Below, piece after piece: positions 13,746 to 26,853 of a DNA stretch of 64,000 bases. The position numbers and the translations under genes are program-made. The stretch's first letter is position 1. Each line of letters starts with the position of its first letter. Origin of the DNA: Amphiscolops sp. MND2022 (lineage: Eukaryota); the NCBI GenBank assembly GCA_964187785.1, contig OZ076409.1, positions 45,014,001-45,078,000 on the forward strand. Direction: 5' to 3'. Below the pieces are notes generated by a model, which had not been told where the DNA came from, made no database searches, and worked only from the letters and a program-made list of their open reading frames with translations.

Positions 13746-14119
13746 TTGACAGGACTCAGGGCGACACAGACATGCTTGTGACGGCTGCTTGCCCTTATCT
13801 TGCGCTGAAGCTCGACAGGTTTTACGCCGCCGTGATCCGTTGCTTAGTACTGTGGACCGTTACTGACCAAATCCTGGTTTTCTTGTTTCAAAGGACTGTT
13901 TCTTTTGGCTGGTGGGTCCAAAATGACCCGTAGGTCCTTCTGGGGGGCCTGCTTTACTTTAGGGTGGATCTGCTGAGACCCGTCAACAAATTTCCTTTAC
14001 TATATTGTCACGCGCTCCGGCTCTCCAACTATGAGAGTAACTACTACAGCAATTCAGTTGTCCAAATCTCTTTATAGTAAAGATATAAATGTGGTTTAGA
14101 ATTCTACAGTAATAATATG

Positions 14120-15290
14120 TGTCGCATCCACCAAGATGCGATGGTTCCGTGGTGCAGCTTTGAAGAGGAACAGATGATAGACTCATTTCAACAAACTCTC
14201 CAAAACTTTGCTGAACCCGGTTTATATGAGGTCTTAAAACTCAATGTTGTTTAGTCTCGAAAGTCATGTAAATATGATATTTATATTATGATTGTTGTGA
14301 ATAGACCTTCATCATAGTGCTAACACACCTTCATTGCTTCATTGAGAACCCTAGTTTGAATAGTTCAATGAGTTATCTCATTGCCTGATCATATATTCTA
14401 AAGGTCCTAATGCGTCTAGATTCATAATCAGATAGTAATCTACTTCTTAGCTAGTACAATTATGCGGTACTATGCGGATTGAGGTGTGACGTATACTCGT
14501 CATTATGCGTTTTTACTAGTATCATTATGCGGCATTATACGTTTCAAGGTGTAACGAGTATGCGGCATTATGCGCTTTTCATAAAAACTTTATACGGCAT
14601 CCTGCGAACTAGTAGTGACGCATACTCGTCACTATGCGGTTCTCGCGGAACTTGTTAAATAAATCCAGCACGAGTTAAAATGTCATCTAGAAGCCATTTC
14701 AATTACAAATGAAGGTCATCTTTAGAGATTCCCAGGGTTCATTAGTTTCTTTTCCCAATCATACTGTAATGATGTCATGTAATTGTGCTATTTTTATAAT
14801 ATAACGTCATTGGACGTAATTCTATTTTTGTCTCGATTTCATACAATGACTCCCATAAAAAGGAGTGTCATGATTTTTGGATTTTGTTCGGAGTTTTCAA
14901 TCAGAGAGATTCATTAAGAATCCAACCTTCATCAAGTGCAGTTACTTTCTCAAATAACTGTAAAACTTTGATTTCGCCACTGTAAAACTTCAGATTTGCT
15001 TCTCTTGTGGGATATAAGACTAATTCAAATTCTTCTCCAAAAGGCAGAAAACATTTTCACTTGAGAATAAAATAAGAAATAAACGAAGCCGAAGGTCTAG
15101 AAGACCTGAGACACCGTCCCCAGTCAGAGAAGTGGAAGTAACACAAATAGAAACCCCTAAAACAGGTAATGAAGCTTTAATTGATCTTAGTATTGTTGCC
15201 CAAGGAAATTTAGGTGAAAATAGCTCTGAAAACCAGTTAACCGAACCTAGTCAAATAAGCAATGAGATGCAAGTTTGGACCCAAATCATG
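14120..15290 (+). repeat. 5' LTR plus leader plus gag start of element A
   Basis: 1171 bp, roughly 97% identical by eye to 28643-29814. The true LTR end is uncertain; a candidate is ...TTCATCA at ~14314/28837, followed in copy 2 by the PBS-like TGGTGC. Confidence 0.88.
14461..14640. repeat. TATGCG(G) motif array 1 (also at 28984-29164)
   Basis: About 7 TATGCG copies plus TATACG variants; contains the hairpin TAGTGACG-catact-CGTCACTA. Confidence 0.85.
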
Positions 15291-16747
15291 GAACAAAAGA
15301 ACAACGATAGGATTGAAAAGATGAGAGAAGAAATGGAAAACAAACTTGAAGCGATTCTAAAGGAAATAAAATCCAATAAGAGTGCATCCACAGTAACTAA
15401 TCCTAGGTCGGATATAAACGAAATGCGAGAAAGCCAAACTTCGGGATCCAAATGGGGTAGATCTATAGGAGTTCATGCATCTAATAACGAAAACTCTGAT
15501 TCCGAGAACGACGACTATCCTCTTAGAGCATCTAAAATGAAGGACTTGAAACATCCTGCTAAACCCTTCTTTGAAACTGAAACAGACTTAGACCAAATAG
15601 AGCTTTCAAATGAAGAATCCGAACAAGAGGATTATCACATGGTGACAGGAGCCAACCGACAACTCCATAGACAGAGCTCACAAAAGCTAAATGATACAAT
15701 TAGATCCCATGCTGTCCAAAATACAACGAACTCAATAACACAACCACTTGATCCAGTTAATCAAATTGCTCTTGCAATGGAGAAATTGGCCAACAAAAAC
15801 TCTCCCCAATCACTTTTTCACCCCAAAAATACACTCACCTTCAATGGGAAAAATGAGAAAAACGAGAAATTCGAATATTTTGAGGACTTGTTCCATACAA
15901 CATTACGAATGCAACCAAACTTAACAGAGGAAATGAAAATAAACCTTTTCCACGCCCATCTGAGAGGTTTGGCACTTAAAACTTTTAAAAACATACAAAG
16001 AACTCCCACCACGACGTTGGAAGACATTTTAAAAGTCTTTCGCCGAAAATATGTGAAACCAGAGTCCAGTGCATCTGCTAAACGTAGATTCAACAGACTC
16101 TTTTTCGACCCAGAAAACCAAAAACTCCCAGACTTCTTAGAAGAACTCCAAGCAAGTGCTGAAAAAGCGTTCGGGGACAATGCCCACCAAATGATAGAGA
16201 ACCTACTCTATGCCAAAATGCCTCCCCACCTCAAAAAGTCCATTAACCAAGCTTGTCTTGAGAATGGCACTTACGATCAAATTGTCAAACACCTTGAAAG
16301 AGAAATGGAACTTAACGGCCTAGAAGCAGATGACACACTCGTCAAAACTCAAATGACCGTTACTAAAAAAGAACAAAATACTGAAAAAACCAACAAAAAC
16401 AAACTGACAAAACCAAAAAACAAACTCCAAAAACAGTACCTGATAAAACCCTCGAAAACGACCAATGCCGTTACTGCAAGGAGACAGGTCACATGATGAC
16501 TGACTGTCCCAAATTAGCCAAACGACGCAAACTTGAGGAAGATCCGGAAGCCGAAAAATGTCAAAATTGCAACACCCTAGGACATGATGAAGAAAACTGT
16601 TACTTCGGAGCCAATATGGAAAATCGTCCAACCAAATGGAACCTCACAGAAGCTCAGAAAAAAGTCATTGAAAACTACAAACAAGCCAAAAAACCTATAA
16701 AACCAAAAATGGAACACCAAAAATCCTCGTCGAAGAATTTAAACTAG
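15072..16747 (+). pseudogene. gag: gag of element A (start codon mutated, one frameshift near 16400)
   Basis: Capsid-like FEYFEDLFHTTL...AHLRGLALKTF. Two CCHC knuckles (CRYCKETGHMMTDC, CQNCNTLGHDEENC) lie in the frame of 16493..16747. The intact start MGNKRS is seen in the 3' copy at 29596. Confidence 0.85.
16738..16744 (+). other. -1 ribosomal frameshift slippery heptamer T TTA AAC at the gag/pol junction
   Basis: Directly precedes gag stop TAG (16745-47). The -1 frame (FKLETPR...) is open and continuous with the pol ORF at 16813. Confidence 0.8.
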
Positions 16748-19700
16748 AAACGCCACGCCTTTACACAAAATCACCACAAAAACCAAACTCAATTGATGAC
16801 TGGCAGCATCAGTTGAACCCAAAACCTATAAAAACATCAGCCTGTGAAGCTGACTCAATAACAGAAAATTTACAACAGTTAACTCTAGAAACTCAACCTG
16901 AAGACTTATACGAACTCTTACACGATGCACCAGACAACTACTTTCCTGAACAATCCAACAGCGCTGAAAGTGACCCAAACCCAGAAATCCAACACAGAAC
17001 AAAACACCACGTAACAATAAAAACTTCTTGCAATAATGCGAAACAACCTCTTTTAAATGAAGACCTCACGGAACATAGACAATTTGATAAGGAACGAAAC
17101 TTATCATATCTCCCAATTTCAACCTCTTTAACATTGAAGCGAAAACGCCACTTGTACTACATTCCGATGGACTTCGAAAAACTCACGCTTGATGGTCTCA
17201 TTGATACTGGAGCTCTCACAAGTGCAATCTCAGAACAAGACCTCAACAAAATCAAATTGCTCGCCAATGAGGCAATAAAAGAAACCGGTCCCCCACCGAA
17301 CTTCCAAATTATGGTGGCAAATGGACAACTAGAAGTCCCCATCGGTACGGTACTACTAGAAATTGAAGTGGCCGACTTCATGTTAAAAGAAAACTTCATC
17401 ATCATGAAAAATCTACCGAACCCACTAATCGGATTGTGTTTCCTCCGGAGAAATAACGCAAATTTCGATGTCACACAGGGTATCCTAATCATCCCCTATC
17501 TATCAATGCAACTTAAACCAGAAACACAAACATCAATACGGCAAGCAACACCATTATTTGCTGAAAATACCTACACCTTACAACCAGGCGAAACACTCGC
17601 CATCGCAAGCAGAATGCCCCATTCGATGGATCATAATGCCACTGGCATAGTCACCCCATCGCAACAATATGAAAATCACGATAGTATTTTCATCACTGCA
17701 TCGCTCAGCACTGTCAACAACAATGCTATCGGCTATCAAATCATCAACTTCTCTGAACTACCAGACACCATTACAATGGACACCCATTTAGCAGATTTCG
17801 AGATTTTAACACCAGAACAAATCAAACATATACAACCAGTGGACCCCGCATTGTTATCGTTTATGATTCAACACGAAGAAACAACAGAGGTCCACATAAA
17901 CGAACTTCTTAAAGTACCACAACAAAATCCCGAGCAGGAGACCTACTGGTTCCCTACTCCTGATGAACCAGGCGACCCTGCAACATATACCCCAATTCAG
18001 CAACGCATCTATCAAGAGCTTCTTGATCTACAAGAACTCGAGAAACTAAACCCAAATGATAACAACTCCTCAAGAAAAACATTTCTTTCAAACTTCGACT
18101 GGTCTGATACAACACTCGGCCCAGCCGAACGACAAGAAATTGAGGAAATTCTCATCGAATTTCACGACATCTTTGCCAGACATCGTTCCGATATCGGAAT
18201 AAACCGCGAATTCAAAGTGAAATTAACGCCGAATGATGACAGACCTGCTTACAGCCAAAGTCTGCCAACTCCTATCAGTCTCAAAGATGATATCACAGTA
18301 GAACTCGCACTTCTACACAAGTACGGTATCATTACAACTTTACCTTTTTCCAAATACGCCAGCCCAATTTTTGCACAGCGCAAACCCAACGGGCGTCTTA
18401 GACTTTTAGTAGACCTCAGAAAGATTAACAACCTCATCACTGAAAATTACACCAATAACAATCACCCGGTAAGCACTTTATCAGATGCAGCACAACATAT
18501 GGCAGGGAAGAAACTGTTCTGCAAGTTGGATTGCTCACAGGCTTATCACTGCCTCCAGATGGCAGATTACCAATCCATTCAAATGCTAGCCTTTAATTTT
18601 GCCAGTAGAACATTTGCTTATCGTCGTCTTGCTCAAGGCCTCTCTAGATCACTTTCTGCATTTTCAAGCTTTATGAGAGAGTACCTAGATCGAGCAATTA
18701 AAGCTGACCAATGTGCCCAATATGTCGATGACATTGGCATAGCGGCAAACGACACAAAACAACTCTGCATAAATATCAAAACTGTCTTTGAATGCATTCG
18801 CAATGCAGGACTAAAACTCTCCATGTCAAAATGTCACTTTGGCGTCAAACAAGTCGACTTCCTAGGGCGTACAATAACACCAGACGGAGTCGCCTCACAA
18901 GCGGTTAAAACCACACAGATTTTCTATCAAAACTCCGATTCCCCAAGTCAAAGAAAGTGTTGCAAAGGTATATTGGATTTCTAAATTATTATCGAAACTA
19001 CATACCACGCCTTTCAGAACGGCTTTCTCCGTTCTTCAAACTCCTCAAAGAAACCTCCAAATTCTACGTACCCACAAACTTGGTAGAAGCCTTCACCAAC
19101 CTCAACAAACTTCTGGAAAATTCCTGCCAATTAGCATTAAAACAACCACTGAAAAGTAAACAACTTATAGTCATGTCCGACGCAAGTTTCACAGCAGCAG
19201 GATATGCTATCATGATCGAAGACGACCCGAACCAAAAACTTCAATCTAAACGAAAAACGTATGCACCCATTGCATTTGGTTCAAAAACCTTTAACCCAAC
19301 ACAAACTAAAAAGTCAATATATGCGAAAGAATTCCTTTCCATATATTTCGCATTTGTAGAGTTTGGACACCTTATGTGGGGAAGTACCTTCCCAGTCATA
19401 GTCTTCACTGACAATCGATCAGTAACACGCTTTTTTCAAGCAAAAATGATTCCACCAGCACTCTGGAACGCGTGCGATTACGTCTTACAATATAATTTCG
19501 TAATTGCTCATGTAGCTGGATCAATGAACACAGCAGCTGACTTCTTATCTAGAACAGAAGTTGACCCAACTGAAAAACTAGAAATGACAATCCGCAATGA
19601 CATTCACACCAAAGCTATTGAGGTGAATATCCAATCAACCGGAATTGTAGACGAAGAGCAAATTTACATTCTACCCGAAGTTGAAATTGACGAAAATCAA

Positions 19701-21619
19701 CTTTGGGAAGAGGAACAAAATATTCGAAACCAAGCTCAAACAGAAACACACAATGAACCAGAAACTGACGTCTCTGAACTACAACAATTTCACAAACCCA
19801 CATCGGGGTTGATCTCAATCTCATCAGGATACTTTAAAGATAATGCAAGAATTCGCCTCGAGCAGAACAACGACATCGTCCTTAGAAATCTGAGAGCAAA
19901 ACTTGAAGGAAACCCATTTGACGAAAACGAATTGGCGTCCGATTATAGATACCAACACTACTTACAAAACATAACCCGAATAGAAATAAAACAGGAAGTC
20001 CTTACACGCAAAAACTACACTGACACAGGAACCATATCTCATTACCAAATTCTCTTACCGATCCAACTTCTAGAAGAATTTCTTCAAGCCCTACATGGTC
20101 ACAATTCAAACCACCCAGGAATCACCAAGATGATTCAAGAAGCCCGACAAAAATACTACTACCCATGTATGGCTAAATACATCAAAAAATGGGTCAGTAA
20201 CTGCCAAGTGTGTATCCAAACAAAACGCATTAACAATGATCTTCTCAGACCTGAACTCTTAAATTGCCCAGAATGGGATCTTGGTCCAGAGGACATTCTG
20301 CAAATGGATATTTTGCCAAACCTCCTCCCAAGCGGAGGCTATGACCATATCATCACGGCGATAGATGTCTTCTCAAAATATTTGTTTGCTTACCCTGTAA
20401 CTCGCATCAATGCCACAACGGTGTCAAGAGTTATCATGGACATACTATGCAAGCACACTTACCTTCCTACAACGATAATCACAGATTTAGGCACTCAATT
20501 CAATGCGCAAATAACGCACGAAGTTGCAGCAGTGCTAGGAATTGAACTTAAACAAGCAACAATGAAACATGCTCAAACGATAGGACTCCTTGAGAGAACC
20601 CATGCTTCAGTCAAAACACACCTGAAAGCTGCAACAGGTGAATTCAGGAATAACTGGCATAAGTATCTACCGTTGGCAGTCCTAAACCACAATACAACGT
20701 ATCATGCATCACTCGGTTGCGAGCCTTCACGAGTTTTCCATGGTAGAATACCACATAATATCCTAGACTACAAACTTGGATATAACCCTAACCCACGATA
20801 CCAACCACAGACTGATGTGGCTGAAGAAATCCAAAAACGTATGAAAATCCTTCTAGATCAAACCAAGAAGAACATCATGCAATCTTATCTCAAATACAAA
20901 GCCTACTATGATAGGTAAGCAAAAGCAGCTCCGCTCGAAACGACAGACTATTGTTACATCCTCAACCCAAAAGCTGATACTCAAGCGACAAAAATACCAA
21001 TCCGAGAATTCAGATGGTGTGGACCATATAAAGTGGAAAAAGTACTCCCTAACAAAAATTATATTGTCCGGAGACTTGGCACTAACAAAACGCAATTACT
21101 ACACAGGATCCGGCTGCGGAAATTTATTCCACAAGCCACATTGGCAGATATTTTTGTTCGTGAAACTGATTGGCAAAAAGATGATCAAACGCCTATAGCA
21201 AATGATGATCTATAAGCCCAATCATGGAACACAAATTTTGGAACGAACCCGTTTGAAGACGGGCCGTCAGAGTTTTCTCAGGACACTGACGATGCTGAAT
21301 ATGCTCCGATTCAAATACCCGAAAATAACCACCCGCCCTCCCCTGAATCTTCAAAAAATGGTGGGGGGAACCCAGTGGAACAGACCACTGAACCAGATCA
21401 AAATTACGACAATAACGAAAATGAAATTCCACAACACATCAGTGATGATGATGAAAAAACCCAAAAAGAACCAAATAATCCATCAGTTGATGATACCCAA
21501 AAAACCCCAGAAAACTCTCAAAACACCCCATTGAAGAAAAACCCATAAATACACGTGGTGAAAAATACAACTTACGCCCCAATCCCAACCCAAACTACTC
21601 TGACTCATACAGATATTAG
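16738..21619 (+). pseudogene. pol: pol of element A (PR, RT, RNase H, IN with GPY module), disrupted
   Basis: LIDTGA protease, YVDD RT, SDAS/FTDN RNase H, HHCC zinc finger and DDE integrase, WCGPYKV. Frameshift at ~18910-18957, stops at 20916 and 21213, frameshift at ~21540. Confidence 0.93.
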
Positions 21620-21802
21620 AACAAAAAACAGACAAACATCTTCTTTTTCCTCCCTTTTTCTTCTAATAAATAACAGGGAGAGTGCCTGTTTTTTATCAGT
21701 AATGACTAGCCTGTCATAAGATAAATACGTAACAAAAACAGATATCAAACAAAACAAAGAATGGAAAGAAAACAGTAATCAATTATACACTACAATCCAC
21801 AT

Positions 21803-24800
21803 TTAGTTTTTCTTGCTTTTCGCAAACTTGGAATTGGATTTCTTGCCGGTTTCTTCAACTGAGGAACTGGAACAGCGATTAAGCGATACACTAATCCTGC
21901 TCAGACTAGGATCAGGTGAAGGAGAACTGTTCACACTTCCAGTCCTGCTGACACTGGGGGTTGTTGTAGTCGACGAAACAATTGGCCTATCATGTTGCAA
22001 AACAGCCTTGCGATAACCAGTTTCAAGTTTTCCCAACAATGATGTTCTACGGGTAGCACTCCCCCTCATGAAATTCCAGATGGAGAATTTTCTATCTGCC
22101 AATAAATCGGCTCCACGACCCAAGAGGCGGAAAACCCGACTCACTGATTTGGGATCCCGATACAGGCTGGAAACATGAGGAATAGTGCTGTACGACATCT
22201 GAAGACTTTTAATGCAAGACTGAAAGTTTTCCTCACCAGACTCTAAATCGGCCATTGGAACAATAAATTCTGGAGGCATTACAACACGTGGAGGCAAACA
22301 TAAACATGAATACTTGAACAATTGAAACAGTTCGGGTCTACATTGAAGCTCATAGTGAGAAGTCAGAAATGTAATCCAATCATCGTACTCTGGAGAGTCC
22401 CCGGATCGCAATTTAACTGCTAATGATCGGTACTGACTAACAACCTTTACTTTAACACTTGAAGTAATCAAGTTAACAGAGACGAAATGGCTTGTCAGTT
22501 TTTCAATAGCGTCCGTGTGGTTGGCTTCCGGTCCAACAAGGATAACGGCAGGATCAAATGCTGACAGTCCTCTGATGAGTCTAGATTTGATGTTCCCATG
22601 TTCCAATAGTTGTCTGCAAAACGATTTAACAAAGCAAATAGACTGTTCAACAAATTTGCTGGGACGTGGCAATTTACTCGCAGTTACTAATTTGTGAAAA
22701 TCTGCGTTGAGCACGTACTCGTCCGTGGTTCTGTATGGCAAGTCTGCTTGATCTAAATCAAGCTGCAAAAAATAGTCCCAATCTGATATATTCCCAAGCG
22801 AGGAATCCGGTAAAATACTCTGAAGCTGGGAGTAAATAAAAATGGTAAACTGACTGAAGGCGCGAAATCCACAATCCACACTCTTCTGAACTTCAGAGAA
22901 CGCTGAGTTGTCTAAAACAACAAATAAGTTAAGTATACGATAGTCCTGCATTTTCACAAAACGAAAAGAACAAGAGTTAATTTGAAGAAAGCATCAGCGC
23001 CAAAAAAACGCGCGCGGAATTATTACAGTGGAAACCGACACATTAAAGCTGAATAATCAAGGATTACACGTCACTATGCGGAACGAGGCATAGCGACTAT
23101 ACGTCACTATGCGGAATCAGCTGGATGATTATACGTCACTATGCGCAACGAGGTGTAGCGACTATACGTCACTATGCGGAATCAGCTGGATGACTATACG
23201 TCACTATGCGGAACGAGGTGTAGCGACTATACGTCACTATGCGGAATCAGCTATATGACTATACGTCACTATGCGGAACGAGGTGTAGCGACTATACGTC
23301 ACTACGCGGAATCAGTTGAATGATTATACACCATTATGCGGAATGAGCTGAATAGCAATACAGAGCAATGTGGAACGAGATACAGCGAACATGCGTCACT
23401 ATTCGCAACCAGCAGAATGGTTATGCACCATTATATATACCGTGAAAGGAAAGATATACTAATTGTGCTTCAATGAATTTCGGAGAGATGAAAAGTCCGC
23501 TACAAAATGGAATTTGAATTTTGGGAATGAAAATACTTAGAAACTGTTACAACAATAGGTAGTATGGATAGAAAACAACTAACAATGGTCTAGGACACAG
23601 CGGATGACGAAGAGGCGGGCTATGTAAGCCGTGTCGAGGCGGAAACATTCATCCAAAGTGCTTGGCTAAAACGAAAGGATAACATGAAGATAAGGAAAAT
23701 ACGTATTTTTGGTCTCAAAAGAAACATGGTAAAGGAGAGCAAATAACCTCACGCATATGGAACCGATACGCAGGAAGCCTCGCGACTTGATTGAGGTGGT
23801 CAAGCACGTGATCCAAATTATTGGATAAAGTCTCTATAATTGATGATGCATCCTGAAGAGAATACTCCAAGCGGACTACACTCTAAAAGAAAAGGAAAAT
23901 CATACCTCGGAAACTTAGACGTTTAATTAAAACGAATATAGTATTTTAATTACTTTGTGTAGTAGTGGTAACTTCTTTAACCAATCTCGGTCCAAGGCCG
24001 TTCTCAATTTCATTAAGAGAAAGTCTAATATCGTTCGAAAGTCGTGGCGCTCAATGATTTGAGAAGTTGGTAACGCAAGGCTCTTCTCAAACTCTTCTGG
24101 CCCATATGAATTGACAACGGAAGATTGCTGTTTTCCTGGGAGACAGTTTGATAGACATTCACTTAACTTTTCACTGAAGTCAATGATGGCAACACAAGGT
24201 GGAGCTTCCTCAAAGAGACTGATGAATGATGAAACTGTCATCAGAGTTTTCCTTGGCATCAACATTCCCCGTGGTCCACTTCCCAAGCAAACGTGCTGTA
24301 ATACGTTCCCCGACCAGAAGTTGAGGATTAGGTACGTTGCTGTTGGGGTATGTTGCAAAGCGAAAGAGTAATGGCCAGATGCAGCGATCGCAGTGACACA
24401 ATATCCAACCAATTCTCGGAACATGTAGACGAAAATTCCCTATGAGACAAACAAAATGTTCCTTACTCACAGTAAATAAACTTACATTAAAGGGATTTCT
24501 ATGAAGGAAGTTCAGTTCAGATAGAAAATGAATACTGTCAATTGAGAAAGAACTACTAACAAAAAGTCGCTGTGGGCTCCAATTCTGTTCACACATCCCG
24601 CTGCTGGAGGCAAGACGAGACAGTTCATCATAGATGCCGGTCAGGCTTCTGATGTGCCCACCATGGCGAAGTCCGTGTTCGAGTATGCAGATCTGCGACA
24701 ATACTTTATCGGTGGGATTGGTAACAGCATTGAAATCTGGGACAGTCTCTTGTCCCACAAGGGGCCGGCATACGTCGAGTTGAGGAGCGATTGGGTAATT

Positions 24801-26239
24801 GTTTTTGACCTTTTTCTTGGCTTCTTGCAGTGAAATTCCATAGATTTCCCGTCCTTCTCTGTCGAAGAGGGCCATACCGGGTATCTCCATGCGCATCCGG
24901 TGCTCTTTCACTAAATGAGACTAGGTTTTGTAGTGAGATAGTAATTCAAGGCTACCTCTACTCATTAGAGAAAGTTCTACCCTGCATACCCGGCACCACC
25001 ATTTGTGTGGTGTTTTGTCTTTGTCGATGGGGCCAGTGGCAGAGAATCCCAGAAATGGATGTTTCTTAAGCATAGCCCCAGTCAAAGAATATTTTGGTCT
25101 GCGACGTTTCCCTCTTCCCATTGAGTGTCCTCCTTGTAATTCATCTGGATAAACGTCAGACGAAACAGGCTGTCCTATCTCTCCTTGACTAGATGAGGCG
25201 ACGTTGGGAGCAGTTTCAGTATCGTTTACAATGGTTAGGGTCAAAGCCTGACCTTCTCTAGTCTCTTCATTGAGGACATACTCTTGTGGGATACGTTCCA
25301 GGACTCTAGTTAATGCAAGGATCTCCCTCCTAGTGATGTTAATATTGCTATGAGGAGCATCTCGTATCACAACATTACTGAAGTTTCCTCCGTCAGCTGG
25401 AGATAGTACTGGAAGCTCATTATGGGGTGGTACATTTTGCTCCGTAACGTGGGTCATAGCATGTTCAAGCCCAGAACCAGTTCCTCGAGGTAGGTATTGA
25501 CTATAATGTGGAGAAAAGGCTCGAGCTGTTTCTGAATCCATGAAGCTTTCCACTATCTCACGACTAATGTTTGCATAGGAGCTCTCCATGTCTCCCATGG
25601 GGGCCGTTTCTTGCTCAGGGTTGGTTAGAATAGTGGTGCGGAAGTTTTCAGTTGTGAGTTCTTGATGATTAGCCCCGGTTGCTATTGGAGTATCAACGGG
25701 GGTGTTCTCGATTGTGGTTTCCACACTAATTTCTTCATGGATTTGAAGCGAAGCAGTACTTGGGGATTCAAGTGATTCCGAGATGACAGGAAATTTAGGA
25801 GAGGATGTTTGCAGGGGTGTATAAACCTTGACCGGGGATTGAGTTGAATGTAATTCACTGGCCTCTAGTTCAACTGAAACAAATGATCCAGTTAACAAAA
25901 CAAAATTATGCAAGTGGAAGCTTAAATTGACTGAAACCGGACGCGGGAACAGGAAATGTATGAAAACCGGAAGCCACTTAGAAATTGGAAACGGAAACGT
26001 TTCAAAAGAATCTGAAATTGATCCGATGAACAAGGATCATTTTCACGTATGAGTATGGCCAACTCAACAAACCGAAATTTCACTGAATCAACCAAACTAG
26101 AATTATATTGAAAGTTGGACTTGCCTGGATCAGACCAGAAAGATGGATTATAATTCCTCCCTCCACCGTAACGACGAGGTGATTGCTCTTCTTGCGTCCC
26201 TTTCTCCCCAGATAAACTCTGTTCCTGTTTTCCCTCCAT
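21803..26239 (-). CDS. Predicted six-exon antisense gene (~1,079 codons): zinc finger plus degenerate hAT-transposase-like fold; one in-frame TAG in this copy
   Basis: Exons 26239-26125, 25873-24561, 24439-23954, 23882-23748, 23665-23584, 22911-21803. Four GT-AG introns and one GC-AG intron, all phase-compatible. WWCRVC...LLSHYKT*SH zinc finger; YSFALQHT and RPELFQLFKYSCLCLP resemble hAT core and dimerisation segments. Exon 1 is the least certain. Confidence 0.78.
23062..23345. repeat. Tandem array 2: alternating 32/33 bp units (65 bp dimer), core GACTATACGTCACTATGCGGAA
   Basis: Unit starts at 23095, 23127, 23160, 23192, 23225, 23257, 23290, 23322. The spacer alternates between TCAGCTGGAT and CGAGGTGTAGC types. 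Confidence 0.95.
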
Positions 26240-26640
26240 CCGAAAGTGATGTAAAGAAGGGGATAGTGGATCGTGGTTAAAAAATAAAAGATATACTCTA
26301 CAAATAAAGCATATAAGGTTGAAAATAAAGCTGAAATCGGTGAAGGGTAAAATGAGTAGATTGAACTGCAATGTTTTGTGAACTCTGGACTGATATACTA
26401 TTTTGACTATATGACTGTTTGACAAATGATGAAGTACCAAAGGCGTGGCGTAACAAGGCAAAGGCAAAGAGCAAATGATGCAAGCTTGCGCAAAAGTGCA
26501 AAGAAATACTGGAATCTGATTGGCTAATTCAATATCAATTACGTCTGCCAGCGTGATTGATTGACTCATTGTGGATCTGGGTGTGAAAATACATGCAAAT
26601 GCGTTAATATGAACCAAATTGGAATGATTTATATGCTAGA

Positions 26641-26853
26641 GTATACGGCAGTATGCGGATCGACTGAAGGCGAATATACGGCAGTATGCGGAATTGCCGT
26701 GACGAGTACGCGGCAGTATGCGGAATTGCAGTGACGAGTACGCGGCAGTATGCGGAATTGCAGTGACGAGTACGCGGCAGTATGCGGAATTGCAGTCAAG
26801 GACTATGCGGCACTATGCGGATCGAGTAGTGACGCGTACTCGGCATCATGCGG
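26641..26853. repeat. Tandem array 3: 32 bp units GACGAGTACGCGGCAGTATGCGGAATTGCAGT
   Basis: Three near-perfect copies from 26701 plus degenerate flanking copies. Confidence 0.95.

Noticed and set aside
15289..15302. LTR A ending at ...AAATCA with PBS TGGAACAAAAG inside gag (Ty1-like layout)
   Set aside because: It does not resemble a tRNA 3' complement, there is no TSD after the 3' copy, and the break coincides with a templated repair junction.
23062..23345. CRISPR-like repeat-spacer array
   Set aside because: Spacers are only 10-11 bp and alternate between two types; no cas genes; eukaryotic retrotransposon context.
21803..26239. Independent autonomous hAT transposon inserted into element A
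   Set aside because: No TIR pair or 8 bp TSD found, catalytic motifs are degenerate, and its intron shares the TATGCGG array with the retroelement leader. Not fully excluded without other copies.
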